DNA of 64,000 nucleotides from the NCBI GenBank assembly GCA_030699125.1, contig JAUYKM010000009.1, forward strand, positions 204,958 to 268,957, written 5' to 3'. Both the position numbers and the translations under genes were made by a program. Under the pieces are notes generated by a model. It saw only the letters and a list, made by a program, of their open reading frames with translations. It did no database searches and was not told the DNA's origin. Every line of letters begins with the position of its first letter. Position 1 is the stretch's first letter. Positions 47,696 to 58,120 of this stretch are shown piece after piece. Origin of the DNA: Candidatus Daviesbacteria bacterium. Its GTDB lineage: Bacteria > Patescibacteriota > Microgenomatia > Daviesbacterales > UBA10151.

Positions 47696-49173
47696 CAATA
47701 ATTGAGATGAATATTTTTAAGATTTTAAGAAATGAATATTTTTGGCTAGGTTTAATCTTACTGGCGGCTTTTTTGGTGAGACTATATAGAATCGATGCAC
47801 CAATTGCAGATTGGCATTCCTGGAGACAGGCTGATACGGCAGCGGTCAGTAGAAATTTTATAAAGGAAGGATTTAATCCCCTCATTCCAAAATATGATGA
47901 TATGTCAGGAGTGGCGGAAAAACCCCTGGTTAATAGCCAGGGATTTAGATTTGTGGAATTTCCCGTCTATAATATCTTTGTTTATCCAATGTATCTTCTC
48001 TTTGGAGTAAATGATGCTCTCAGCAGATTAGTTTCAGTATTTTTTTCTTTAGGCAGTGTAATATTTGTTTATCTTATTTCTAAAAAATATTTAGGTATTT
48101 TAACAGCGCTTTTAACAGCTTTTATCTATGCTCTCCTGCCTTTTAATGTGTTTTTCCAAAGAACTACTTTGCCTGAACCAACCTTTTTATTTTTTGCTCT
48201 GGGGATGCTTTATTTTATGGATCGCTGGATTTGGGATAATAAAATAAATTCAGCCTCCTGGGGATTTATTTTTACAACAATTGCCTTTTTGATAAAACCC
48301 TGGGCCATCTTTTTTTATTTGCCGCTTTTGTACTCAGTTTTTACAAAGAGAGACAAACAATTCTTTTTTAAAAAATTTATCCCTTTAACAATTTTTGCAA
48401 TTACCCCATTTGTTCTATGGAGAATGTGGATTTTGCAGCAGCCTCAGGGAATACCTGCTTCTAATTGGTTGCTTAATGGGGATGGGATAAGATTTAGACC
48501 GGCTTTTTTCTGGTGGATCGTATCAGAAAGAATGGGCCGGGAGATTTTAGGGGCTTCAGGTTTTGCACTTTTTATAATAGGAATCTTGGTTAGGCCCCTG
48601 AAAAGTTACTTTTTGCATGTTTGGCTATTATCCATGGTTTTATACTTTGTGGTTTTTGCCACAGGTAATGTCAGACACAATTATTACCAAATAATATTTG
48701 TACCGATTGCCGCAATTTTTATCTCTTATGGTTTTTCCTATTTATTTAATAGGTCGAAAGATCTATTGCCAAGAGTTTGGACGATCCCTTTAGCACTTTT
48801 ATTACTTTCATCAACGTTTTATTTTACCTATAAGATTGATAAAGAATTCTATAAAATAAATAATCCGGCAATTGTGGAGGCAGGAGAAATAGCTGATAAA
48901 ATCTTGCCCAAAGATGCAATTGTCTTGGCTCCTTATAATGGAGATACTGCCTTTTTATACCAGATAAATCGACGAGGTTTTCCAGTTGCTATACTACCTG
49001 CTTCGGAGATGGTATCAGATTATGGTGTGACTCATTATGTTTCTACCACATATGATGAAAAAACTAATTGGGTAAAAAGGCATTTCCAGATTATTTTAGA
49101 GACTCCGCAATTCATGATTGCTGATCTAACTAATCTGACTTCTCCATTAGATACGCTAGACCCTGAACCGTAA
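47668..49173 (+). CDS. GT-C glycosyltransferase, PMT/ArnT-like polytopic membrane protein
   Basis: 501-aa ORF. The likely true start is MNIFKIL at 47707. The first-loop motif is WHSWRQADTAAVSRNF, with ~11 TM helices. Confidence 0.55.
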   Translation: MDPCLRRDDTIIEMNIFKILRNEYFWLGLILLAAFLVRLYRIDAPIADWHSWRQADTAAVSRNFIKEGFNPLIPKYDDMSGVAEKPLVNSQGFRFVEFPVYNIFVYPMYLLFGVNDALSRLVSVFFSLGSVIFVYLISKKYLGILTALLTAFIYALLPFNVFFQRTTLPEPTFLFFALGMLYFMDRWIWDNKINSASWGFIFTTIAFLIKPWAIFFYLPLLYSVFTKRDKQFFFKKFIPLTIFAITPFVLWRMWILQQPQGIPASNWLLNGDGIRFRPAFFWWIVSERMGREILGASGFALFIIGILVRPLKSYFLHVWLLSMVLYFVVFATGNVRHNYYQIIFVPIAAIFISYGFSYLFNRSKDLLPRVWTIPLALLLLSSTFYFTYKIDKEFYKINNPAIVEAGEIADKILPKDAIVLAPYNGDTAFLYQINRRGFPVAILPASEMVSDYGVTHYVSTTYDEKTNWVKRHFQIILETPQFMIADLTNLTSPLDTLDPEP

Positions 49174-49191
49174 AGGAAGGATGAAAGAAAA

Positions 49192-50382
49192 TTGAAGATT
49201 TTAATGTTGACACCATACTTGCCTTACCCGCTTTTAACAGGCGGTCAGACTAGATCCTTTAACTTAATCAAAAGATTATCTTCTTTGGGTCATAGAATAA
49301 GTCTTTTCTGCTTAATAAAAAATGATCACGATAAAAAATATATTGGGGAATTAGAAAAATATTGTGAGGAGGTAAAAGTTTTTAAAAGATCAGAAAAACC
49401 CTGGACAGTTAGTAATATTCTAAGAACCGGATTCTCTTTTTTCCCCTTTTTGGTGATTAGAAATTGGGCCAAAGGTGAAAAAGAAGCTATTAAAGAAAAG
49501 ATTCAACAGGAAAAATTTGATCTAATTCATGCAGAAACTTTTTACGTCATGCCCCATATTCCCAAAACAGATATCCCGATATTATTGGTTGAACAAACCA
49601 TAGAGCACCTTGTTTATAAACATTTTGCAGATGAGTTTAAGATCCCTCTTATTAAACAACTACTTTATATAGATGTTTTTAAAATGAAGCATTGGGAACT
49701 CAAATACTGGCAGCAAGCTAAAAAGGTGGTAGCTATGTCTGATGAAGATTTGAAAGCCATGACAGATGAGGTTAAATCCCTGGATGTAGATACTGTACCT
49801 AATGGAGTAGATATTGAATACTTTGGGGAAAAGGTTACTCGGAGGTCTGAGACTCCAGTCGTCTTATATTTAGGCAATTTTACCTGGTTACAAAATAGAG
49901 AGGCAGTTGATATTTTGGTTAAAAAAATCTGGCCCAAGATTAAGGAAAAATTAGCAGATGCTAAATTATGGATTATTGGAAAAGGCGCCAAGGATTTTTT
50001 CGCCAAATTAGAAACAGATAGTGTCAGAGTTGATGAAGTATCAGATGTAAGAGTAGCCTATCAGCAGGCCTCTATACTGGTTGCTCCCATCTTTGGCGGA
50101 GGAGGCACCAGATATAAAAATTTTGAAGCTTTTGCCTCTGGACTGCCAGTAGTGACAACTTCAATTGGCATCAGAGGTACCGATGCTAAGGATGAAGAAG
50201 AGGTGATTATAAGAGATAGCTCCCAAGAAATTGCTGATGCTGCAATAGACTTATTGACTAACCCAGCTCTTTATAAAAAACTGGCCATTAATGCCAAAAA
50301 TATGGTTAGAGAAAAATATAACTGGGATCCGATTGCTAGAAAGTTGTCTGATATTTATGAGAAATTAGGTGAAGTATCATGA
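49192..50382 (+). CDS. GT4 (GT-B fold) glycosyltransferase
   Basis: 396 aa. N-terminal MKILMLTPYLPYPLLTGGQTRSFNL is a GT4 N-terminal domain. FEAFASGLPVVTT is the C-terminal motif. Confidence 0.75.
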   Translation: MKILMLTPYLPYPLLTGGQTRSFNLIKRLSSLGHRISLFCLIKNDHDKKYIGELEKYCEEVKVFKRSEKPWTVSNILRTGFSFFPFLVIRNWAKGEKEAIKEKIQQEKFDLIHAETFYVMPHIPKTDIPILLVEQTIEHLVYKHFADEFKIPLIKQLLYIDVFKMKHWELKYWQQAKKVVAMSDEDLKAMTDEVKSLDVDTVPNGVDIEYFGEKVTRRSETPVVLYLGNFTWLQNREAVDILVKKIWPKIKEKLADAKLWIIGKGAKDFFAKLETDSVRVDEVSDVRVAYQQASILVAPIFGGGGTRYKNFEAFASGLPVVTTSIGIRGTDAKDEEEVIIRDSSQEIADAAIDLLTNPALYKKLAINAKNMVREKYNWDPIARKLSDIYEKLGEVS

Positions 50383-51497
50383 AAATTGTGATAGATGGAA
50401 GAATGTATGCTGAATCAGGGGTAGGGAGATACATCAGAAATTTAATAACTCAATTGCAAATAATTGATAAAAAAAATGAATATTTTATTCTACTTTTGCA
50501 AAAAGACTACCCTTTCTTAAAAGAATCGGAAAATTTTCGAAAAGTTGTGGCAGAATTTAGATGGTATGGTGTCGGTGAACAAATTAAATTGCCAAAAGTT
50601 TTTAATTCCTTAAAGGCGGATCTGGTGCATTTTCCCCACTTTAATGTCCCACTTCTTTATCGAGGTAAATTTGTTGTCACCATACATGATTTAATCCATC
50701 AACATTTTCAAATGAGAAGAGCCACTACTCTTGATCCCCTAACTTATAAAATAAAACAACTTGCCTATATAAAAGTCTTTAAAAATGCAGTGACTAAATC
50801 CTTAAAAATATTGGTCCCATCAAATTATGTTAAAGAGTTGTTAATTGATGAATGGAGTTTGGGTGCTGATAAAATTGTGGTTACGCCTGAAGCAGTTGAT
50901 GACAATATATTCTCGATCGAGAAGATAATGAATAAAGAGAAAATCGAAAGAGTAATGCGGAAATTTAAAATAAATACCCCCTATATTTTTTATGTGGGTA
51001 ATGCTCATCCTCATAAAAATATAGAAGGGCTAATCAGGGCATTTTTAGAATTGAGAAAAAAATATCCAGATTTATATTTGGTACTTTCTGGTTATGATCA
51101 TTATTTTTGGCAAAGAATAAGGGAAGAATTCCAATATCCAGGTATAATCTATACCGGACATATTAGTGATGAGGAGCTGGTGGCTTTATACAAAGAAGCA
51201 GAATGTTTTGTAATGCCATCCTTTGAGGAAGGTTTTGGTATACCACTTCTGGAGGCCATGGCTTGCGGTTGTCCAGTTGTCTCATCAAATGCCGCTAGTC
51301 TGCTGGAGGTTGGCTTAGATGCCGCCATTTATTTTGATCCACGAAATTCCCAGGAGATGATAGAAAAAATCTTGCAAGTTCTAGAAGATGCAAATTTGAA
51401 AGAGAAATTAGTCAAAAAAGGAAAGGAAAGAATAAAAGTTTTCAGTTGGGAAAAATTAGCCAAGCAAACATTGGAGGTTTATTCCTCATGCGTGTAG
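50379..51497 (+). CDS. GT4 (GT-B fold) glycosyltransferase
   Basis: 372 aa with FEEGFGIPLLEAMACGCPVVSSN. Confidence 0.75.
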   Translation: MKIVIDGRMYAESGVGRYIRNLITQLQIIDKKNEYFILLLQKDYPFLKESENFRKVVAEFRWYGVGEQIKLPKVFNSLKADLVHFPHFNVPLLYRGKFVVTIHDLIHQHFQMRRATTLDPLTYKIKQLAYIKVFKNAVTKSLKILVPSNYVKELLIDEWSLGADKIVVTPEAVDDNIFSIEKIMNKEKIERVMRKFKINTPYIFYVGNAHPHKNIEGLIRAFLELRKKYPDLYLVLSGYDHYFWQRIREEFQYPGIIYTGHISDEELVALYKEAECFVMPSFEEGFGIPLLEAMACGCPVVSSNAASLLEVGLDAAIYFDPRNSQEMIEKILQVLEDANLKEKLVKKGKERIKVFSWEKLAKQTLEVYSSCV

Positions 51498-52567
51498 CCA
51501 TAGTTCATGATGACCTGGTGCAATGGGGCGGGGCTGAGAGAGTTTTGGAAGGAATTTGTGAGATTTATCCCGACGCACCAATATTTAGCTCTGTTTTTGA
51601 CAAAGATAATAAAGATTTAAAAAAAAGATTTGGCAACAAAAAAGTTTACACCTCTTTCCTGCAAAGAATTCCCGGATGGAAAAGTTTATATAAAGCGATG
51701 CTGCCGCTTTATCCGATTGCCTTTGAGCAATTTGATTTCTCTGAATATGATTTGGTGATATCTCATACCACCCGCTTTGCCAAATCAATTATTACTAAAC
51801 CTAAAACAGTTCATATTTGTTATTGTCATACACCCCCCAGATTTTTATGGAATTTTTCCGGGCAGTCTTATCCAATGCTGGAGTTTTTTTTCAAAAAGCT
51901 TAAGCCTTACGATAAAATTTCAGCTCAAAGAGTAGATTATTTTATTGCCGGATCAGAAAATGCCAAAAGGAGAATAAAGAAAGTTTATGGTAACGATTCA
52001 AAAGTGGTTTATCCTTTTGTGGATCTGAAAAGATTTGAAAATATAGAAACTTTTGATGGAGGATATTATCTGGTAATTTCCAGACTTAATAAATATAAAA
52101 GGATAGATTTGGCATTGGAAGCATGTATTAAGTTGGAATTACCACTTAAGATTATAGGGATAGGGCCGGAGTCGGAAGGGTTAAGGGTTAAGGGTAAAGG
52201 GGAAAGGGTGGAGTTTTTGAGAGAATTGGATGATGAGATGCTGGTACAAATTATGGCTGGATGCAGGGCATTAATTATTCCCGGCATTGAAGATTTTGGT
52301 ATGACATCTTTGGAGGTTCAAGCTCTAGGCAAACCCGTTATAGCATATAAAGAGGGCGGAGTTTTAGAGACAGTTCAGGAAGGGAAAACCGGTTTCTTTT
52401 TTGATTATCCTACAGTGGATAGTTTGATTAAAACTCTAGATTTTTTTAATGATTTACATCGTTGGAATAATGCAAAGATTTGCCAAGAGAATGCAAAGCG
52501 CTTTAGCAAGGACCTCTTTTTTACGAATTTTAAGCAAACAGTTGAGCATTTGTTGTACACTAATTAG
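51488..52567 (+). CDS. GT4 (GT-B fold) glycosyltransferase
   Basis: The track ORF starts at 51446. A start at 51488 (MRVAIVHDDLVQWGGAERV), overlapping the upstream stop, is more plausible. The C-terminal motif is DFGMTSLEVQALGKPVIAYKEGG. Confidence 0.7.
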   Translation: MRVAIVHDDLVQWGGAERVLEGICEIYPDAPIFSSVFDKDNKDLKKRFGNKKVYTSFLQRIPGWKSLYKAMLPLYPIAFEQFDFSEYDLVISHTTRFAKSIITKPKTVHICYCHTPPRFLWNFSGQSYPMLEFFFKKLKPYDKISAQRVDYFIAGSENAKRRIKKVYGNDSKVVYPFVDLKRFENIETFDGGYYLVISRLNKYKRIDLALEACIKLELPLKIIGIGPESEGLRVKGKGERVEFLRELDDEMLVQIMAGCRALIIPGIEDFGMTSLEVQALGKPVIAYKEGGVLETVQEGKTGFFFDYPTVDSLIKTLDFFNDLHRWNNAKICQENAKRFSKDLFFTNFKQTVEHLLYTN

Positions 52568-52573
52568 TTACAT

Positions 52574-53207
52574 GTATGATTTTCTAAAAAGGATTATGGA
52601 TATGGTGGGCTCACTTGTGGGATCAATCCTTCTACTGCCGATTTTTTTATTGGTGGCTCTGGCAATTAAATTGGATTCCCAAGGACCAATCTTTGCAGAA
52701 ACCCCCATGCGAGTAGGGCGTGATGGAGAACTTTTTAAGATGTATAAATTTAGATCTATGATTGCCAATGCTCATGGTCTTCTCACGACCGATCCTCGCT
52801 TTAAAAAGCTGTATGATGAGTATAAAAAAAGTAGTTATAAATTAACCAAAGATCCACGCATCACTAGGGTGGGTAAGTTTATCCGTAAGTACTCATTGGA
52901 TGAACTACCGCAACTGATTAATGTATTAAGAGGTGAGATGAGTCTGGTAGGTCCCCGGGCATACTATCCGGATGAGTTAGAAGAGCAACAGAAGAATTAT
53001 CCTGAGACGAAAGAATATGTCAATATTATATTATCCGGTAAACCTGGTATCACCGGAATTTGGCAAGTTTCAGGCAGATCCGGGATTAATTTTGATGAAC
53101 GAGTCAAGATGGATGCTTCATATGTACAGAAACGGTCGATTATTTACGATTTTTGGCTAATTCTCAAAACAATTCCGGCAGTTATTTCCGGAAAAGGAGC
53201 AGTTTAA
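52574..53207 (+). CDS. Initiating sugar-phosphate transferase (bacterial sugar transferase / WbaP-PssY-type small PGT)
   Basis: [36 protein letters not shown] is the Bac_transf signature. The start was chosen at [13 protein letters not shown] (52574) rather than the track's 52449. Confidence 0.85.
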
Positions 53208-53208
53208 T

Positions 53209-55099
53209 GGCTTTGGTTAATTTAACAAAAAAACTAGATAAGATGAACCGCTCATATTCAATGAGAAAACAGAATACGCATAAAGGTCTTAAAAGGCTTA
53301 TTGTTATTTTGGTGCTGTTGGCTGTATCAATCCTTATTCCATCCCTTTTTGCTTATATGGGTTTTAAGGAGACTCTTGTTCACACTAGGGCCTTAACAAA
53401 ATCTTACGAAAATCAACAATTTGATGTAATGAAAAAGGAGATTCAAGAAACTAAAAGCTCTTTGGAAAAGGTTAATATTCCGCTAAACTTCTTATTTTGG
53501 CTAAGAATTGTCCCAATTGTTGGCGGATATTATGCGGATGCCAAAGGTTTTATTAATGCCGGAGTTGAGGATTTAATTGCACTGGAGGTACTCTTTGATG
53601 AGTTGGAAAGCAAGAAAGATGTATTAGGCTTTAATGGTGTTCCAAAGCAGGGGCCGGAAAGGGTAAGCCAGGTAATTCTCATACTCAAAGAATCGCTTCC
53701 CTTTTTTGATAAAATTGAGGCTAATTTAGCTAAAGCAGCAGATTCAGTAAAAGATATTAATACTAATAAATACCCCCAACACTTTGGCAGTTTCAAACTT
53801 AGGCAAATGATGAGTACAGCCAAGAACTTTATTTTAGGAGCATCTTTGGCAGTTTCTGAAAATAGAGACGCCTTAAGTGTAGCTCCCCTGGCGTTGGGAG
53901 AGCCAACTGCCAGAAATTATTTATTGCTTTTCCAAAACGATAAGGAGATCCGTCCCACTGGAGGTTTTATAACTGCTTTCGCCACTCTTAAAATTGACAG
54001 GGGTCAAGTACAAACCACCACCTCCGATGATATTTACAGATTGGATGAAAGACTTCTGGCAACTTGCGAGTCAAAGATCTGCCCTTTAACGCCACCGGAT
54101 CCAATTGTGAAATATTTACCTGAGGTATCAGGTGTAGCTAGGTCCGCTTGGAGCATGAGGGATTCCAATATCTCACCGGATGTGCCCACATCTGCCAAAG
54201 AATTTAGGAGAATGTATGAACTTTTGGGAGCAGGTTTTGCCTTTGATGGAATAATCTATATTGATACACAGGTAGTGGAGGAAATAATTGAGGTGACAGG
54301 GCCAATTGATGTTTTTGGTACCAAATATTCAGCTGAGGTTGATGAACGCTGTAATTGTCCCAACGTGATTTATGAGTTGGAATCATATGCTGAGATTGCT
54401 GCCAAAGGCGAGCAGGATAGGAAAGCAATCTTGGGAGTTTTAATGCAGCAGATTTTAGCCAAAGTTTTAGGAGCAGATATTGCCTCTCTCCCTCAATTCA
54501 TAGAAACAGTGGCTCGGTTGGCCAATCATAAACACATCATGTTTTATATGCATGATGATACAACTCAAAAGTCCCTTTCTAGACTGAACTGGACTGGTGA
54601 AATCAAAAACTATGATGGAGATTATCTACATATCAATGATGCCAATTTTGCCGGAGGGAAGTCTAATCTTTATGTAACACAGGAGGTGACTCAGGAAATA
54701 AAGATTAAGGATTCTAAAGTGATGAAAAAGATTACTGTTGAATATAAAAATGATCAGCCATTTAATACCTGGCTGAATGGAATAAACAGGGATTATGTCA
54801 GATTTTATGTGCCAAAAGGCTCAAAGCTGATATCTTCCAAAGGGTCTGAGGTGAGCGTGACTACTATTGAGGATGATCTGGAAAAAACTGTTTTTGAGGC
54901 CTTTATTCAAGTCAGGCCCCAAAATTCCAGGAAATTGGAAATAGAGTATGAAGTAGCTTACAATCCTAAGGATGAATATAAAATGTTAGTGCAAAAACAA
55001 CCAGGAGCTAAAGATTTTGAGTATAAAATTAAAATAAATGGTTCCCAAAAAGCTGATTTTAAACTAGACCAAGATAAAGAATTTAAATTTGGCATCTAG
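53209..55099 (+). CDS. Large membrane-anchored extracytoplasmic protein of unknown function (DUF4012-like placement next to the PGT)
   Basis: About 630 aa from MALVNLTKK. It has one N-terminal TM (LIVILVLLAVSILIPSLFAY) followed by a large soluble domain. No catalytic motif was recognised. Confidence 0.4.
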
Positions 55100-55118
55100 T
55101 TTATGCTAAACTTCCTTA

Positions 55119-55805
55119 ATGAGAGGGTTTAGGGTTGAAGGGATTATTTTAAAGAGGAGAAATTTTGGGGAGGCGGATCGGATTTTAACTGTTTTTACAC
55201 TCCAGAGAGGTAAGATTTCTGTTTTAGCAAAAGGAGTCAGAAGAATTACCTCCAGACGGGCCGGCAGCGTGGAACTTCTCAATAGAAGCATCCTATATTT
55301 ACATGTGGGGAAGGGGATGCCAATTTTAACTGAGGCTCAAAGTTTGGATACTTATTCTAAGCTGAAAAATGACCTGACACTTTCAACGTATTCTTTCCAT
55401 ATTATAGAGTTGGTTGATAAGTTAACCGCAGAGAACCAAGAAAACAGGATTTTATATGAGCATTTAGTGGAAGTTTTTAAAAGACTGGAAAGAAATCCCA
55501 GACAAATTTTAATTAGAGCATTTGAAGCAAAAATACTTGCCAATTTAGGCTTTATTTCTTTTAAAAACCCGCCACAGTCAAACGTGGCTGGGACGTTTGA
55601 CGTCCCGCAGGTGTCAATACAAATACACCCCAAGGGTGTACATATAAAATTATTAGAAGAGTTGGAGATTCTATCTTGGGACGAAATAGAAAAAATGAAA
55701 ATAAATCAGAAAGAGGCTATAGAACTTGAGCGTGTATTACGCTATCATGTAGAGAGAGTATTAGAAAGTTCACTCAAGAGTAGAACATTTCTGAGGAAAC
55801 TTTAA
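55119..55805 (+). CDS. recO: DNA repair protein RecO
   Basis: MRGFRVEGIILKRRNFGEADRILTVFTLQRGKISVLAKGVRR is the canonical RecO N-terminal OB-fold. Synteny with the downstream glycyl-tRNA synthetase is conserved. No Cys4 zinc finger is present. Confidence 0.85.
   Translation: MRGFRVEGIILKRRNFGEADRILTVFTLQRGKISVLAKGVRRITSRRAGSVELLNRSILYLHVGKGMPILTEAQSLDTYSKLKNDLTLSTYSFHIIELVDKLTAENQENRILYEHLVEVFKRLERNPRQILIRAFEAKILANLGFISFKNPPQSNVAGTFDVPQVSIQIHPKGVHIKLLEELEILSWDEIEKMKINQKEAIELERVLRYHVERVLESSLKSRTFLRKL
55568..55612. repeat. GC-rich nested hairpins embedded in frame in recO
   Basis: GTCAAACGT (55577-55585) pairs with ACGTTTGAC (55593-55601). A nested GGGACG/CGTCCC stem lies inside. It encodes NPPQSNVAGTFDVPQVS. 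Confidence 0.45.
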
Positions 55806-55807
55806 CC

Positions 55808-57115
55808 ATGAATGATTTAATGGATAAGGTTGTAGCTTTATGTAAACGTCGGGGATTTATCTATCCTGGCTCTGAGATTTATGGAGGTTTGGCTGGGACT
55901 TGGGATTATGGTCCAGCCGGTACCGAACTTAAGAGAAATCTTAAGGAATTATGGTGGAAAGAGATGGTGCAATTAAGAGAGGATATTGTGGGGCTAGATG
56001 CCGCCATTATGATGAATCCTAAAGCCTGGGAGGCCTCGGGTCATGTGGAAGCTTTCTCTGATCCTCTTGTAGAGTGTAAAATCTGCCATCAGAGATTTAG
56101 AGCAGATAAAGAGGTGGAGATCAAAGAACATGAAACAACACACAAAGAAGAGAAAGTAGAATGGACTTCTCCAGAGCAATTCAATTTATTGGTCAAAGCA
56201 TATTTGGGTGTTTTGGAAGGAAAACAATCTGAAATTTATCTAAGGGGAGAAATAACTAATGGGGTACATGTTAATTTTAAAAATGTCCTAGATTCCACCA
56301 GAGTTAAAATACCCTTTGGCATTGCCCAAATTGGCAAGGCTTTTAGAAATGAAATAACCCCCGGCAATTTTACCTTTAGATCGCGTGAGTTTGAACAAAT
56401 GGAAGTGCAATTTTATGTTAAAAATGATGAAAAAAAGGCAGAAAAGTGGTTTGATTATTGGAAACAAAATAGGATGGATTGGTATTTATCTCTGGGGATG
56501 AAAAAGGAGAATTTAAGATTCAGAGATCATGCTCCAGGCGAACGTGCCCATTATGCTAAAGCTGCTACAGATATAGAATATCAAGCTCCCTGGGGTTGGT
56601 CTGAGTTTATGGGTATTCACCAAAGAGGTGATTGGGATTTATCCAGGCATCGACAATACAGTGGACAGGATATGAAATATAGAGATCCCCAAACAGGTGA
56701 AGAATATATCCCATGGGATATTGAAACATCAGCCGGGGTGGATCGATCTGCTTTATTTATATTGATTGATGCTTATACAGAAGAAAATGGTAGAGTGTAT
56801 CTTAAACTTCACCCTAAATTAAGCCCCTTCAAAGCAGCAGTATTTCCTCTACTTGCCAACAAGGATAAACTTGTTGAAAAAGCTAAGAAAATTTATGATG
56901 ATTTGAAAAAAGATTTTATGGTAGCTTGGGATGACCGGGGTAATATTGGTAAAAGATATGCCGCACAAGACGAGATTGGCACTCCCTTTTGCATTACAGT
57001 GGATTTTGATTCGCTAAATGATGAAATGGTGACAATAAGAGATAGAGATAGCGCTAAACAGGAGAGGGTTAGAGTGGTTGACTTGAGAGCGTATTTAGAT
57101 GGTAAGATAAAATAA
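55808..57115 (+). CDS. glyQS: Glycine--tRNA ligase, alpha2 (GlyQS) type
   Basis: The N-terminus MDKVVALCKRRGFIYPGSEIYGGLAGTWDYGPAGTELKRNL is the diagnostic class II GlyRS sequence. The C-terminal anticodon-binding domain is present. Confidence 0.9.
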   Translation: MNDLMDKVVALCKRRGFIYPGSEIYGGLAGTWDYGPAGTELKRNLKELWWKEMVQLREDIVGLDAAIMMNPKAWEASGHVEAFSDPLVECKICHQRFRADKEVEIKEHETTHKEEKVEWTSPEQFNLLVKAYLGVLEGKQSEIYLRGEITNGVHVNFKNVLDSTRVKIPFGIAQIGKAFRNEITPGNFTFRSREFEQMEVQFYVKNDEKKAEKWFDYWKQNRMDWYLSLGMKKENLRFRDHAPGERAHYAKAATDIEYQAPWGWSEFMGIHQRGDWDLSRHRQYSGQDMKYRDPQTGEEYIPWDIETSAGVDRSALFILIDAYTEENGRVYLKLHPKLSPFKAAVFPLLANKDKLVEKAKKIYDDLKKDFMVAWDDRGNIGKRYAAQDEIGTPFCITVDFDSLNDEMVTIRDRDSAKQERVRVVDLRAYLDGKIK

Positions 57116-58006
57116 GTGGAAAAATTAAGATTTTGGTTTAGTACACATAAAGTAACTGCTATTTTGGGAATTTTAATCATTTTAGCCTTAGGTGGAGGAA
57201 TATTCGCCTTCCAGAAAATTTCCACAAAACCCAGCGGTCTGGCTCAGGAAGTAGATTTAATCTTTGATGCAGAAGGTCCGTACGCCCTGACTATTCCCAG
57301 AAATGACGGCAATGCCATGATTTTAAATTTGAAAAGGACTTCTTCTTATGATGAGATTTCTTATGAACTGGCTTATACTTCAGAGGCAGAAAAGGTGGCA
57401 GAAAGAGGGGGTAAAGTCTTGGAAGAAGGGGAAGAGGGAGGAGTAATTGAACGGGGAGTGGTAGGAACAATTAATACCACAGATAGAAAGGGTGAATATG
57501 AGCAGGAAATCTTATTTGGGACTTGTTCCAAAAATGTCTGTAAATATGATCAGGGAGTGGAAAATGGTACTTTGACTCTACGTATTAAGAAGGGAAATAA
57601 CGTTTATAAAATGGTGACTCAATGGCATCTGCAAAGGCCGGATATTGCCTTGGGTAAGCTTTCCTCAGGTGATGAGCATTTTAAATATGAGATAGATACA
57701 GATAGGGAAACGCTCTCAGGAGTGGGTTATTCAATAGTAAATGATCTAACCGGGGTACCGAAACTGCCTTCTGAAAAAGAGGTTTTAGGAAAAGTTTATG
57801 CTCTAAATGTACCGATTGCCAAAGATTTGCCAACCGGCCAGGTGACATATGAGCTGGCCCAAGATTCGCCGGAAGGAGCTAAAATCTATGTATTTTATGA
57901 ATCAACAAATGAATGGCAGGAGTTGGATACCAAAGTGGAAGGTAGTAAACTATCAGCCGCAGCCAACGGTAGCGGCATATTTGCAGTATTAGTCCCCCAA
58001 AAGTAA
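57116..58006 (+). CDS. Hypothetical membrane-anchored protein (GTG start)
   Basis: 296 aa with one N-terminal TM (VTAILGILIILALGGGIFAF) and a soluble domain with no recognised motif. Confidence 0.4.
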   Translation: MEKLRFWFSTHKVTAILGILIILALGGGIFAFQKISTKPSGLAQEVDLIFDAEGPYALTIPRNDGNAMILNLKRTSSYDEISYELAYTSEAEKVAERGGKVLEEGEEGGVIERGVVGTINTTDRKGEYEQEILFGTCSKNVCKYDQGVENGTLTLRIKKGNNVYKMVTQWHLQRPDIALGKLSSGDEHFKYEIDTDRETLSGVGYSIVNDLTGVPKLPSEKEVLGKVYALNVPIAKDLPTGQVTYELAQDSPEGAKIYVFYESTNEWQELDTKVEGSKLSAAANGSGIFAVLVPQK

Positions 58007-58056
58007 TATTTTGCCCCTTGACCCTTCGACCCATTCGATTAGTACTCAGGGTCTGC

Positions 58057-58120
58057 GTCCCGCCAAAGGCGGGACTTGACAATTGGCATGAAAATGGCGG
58101 AAAATAGTAATAGATGGTGA
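58057..58120 (+). promoter_or_regulatory. GC hairpin + TTGACA -35-like hexamer + two ATGGnGn boxes upstream of mraZ (candidate dcw promoter / MraZ operator)
   Basis: GTCCCGCC-AAA-GGCGGGAC hairpin at 58057-58075. TTGACA at 58076-58081. ATGGCGG at 58093-58099 and ATGGTGA at 58113-58119, 20 bp apart. Confidence 0.3.

Noticed and set aside
58057-58075. GC hairpin upstream of mraZ as a terminator for the 57116-58006 gene
   Set aside because: No T-tract follows the stem on either strand. It abuts a TTGACA hexamer, so a promoter/operator context is more plausible, and it is reported with low confidence only.
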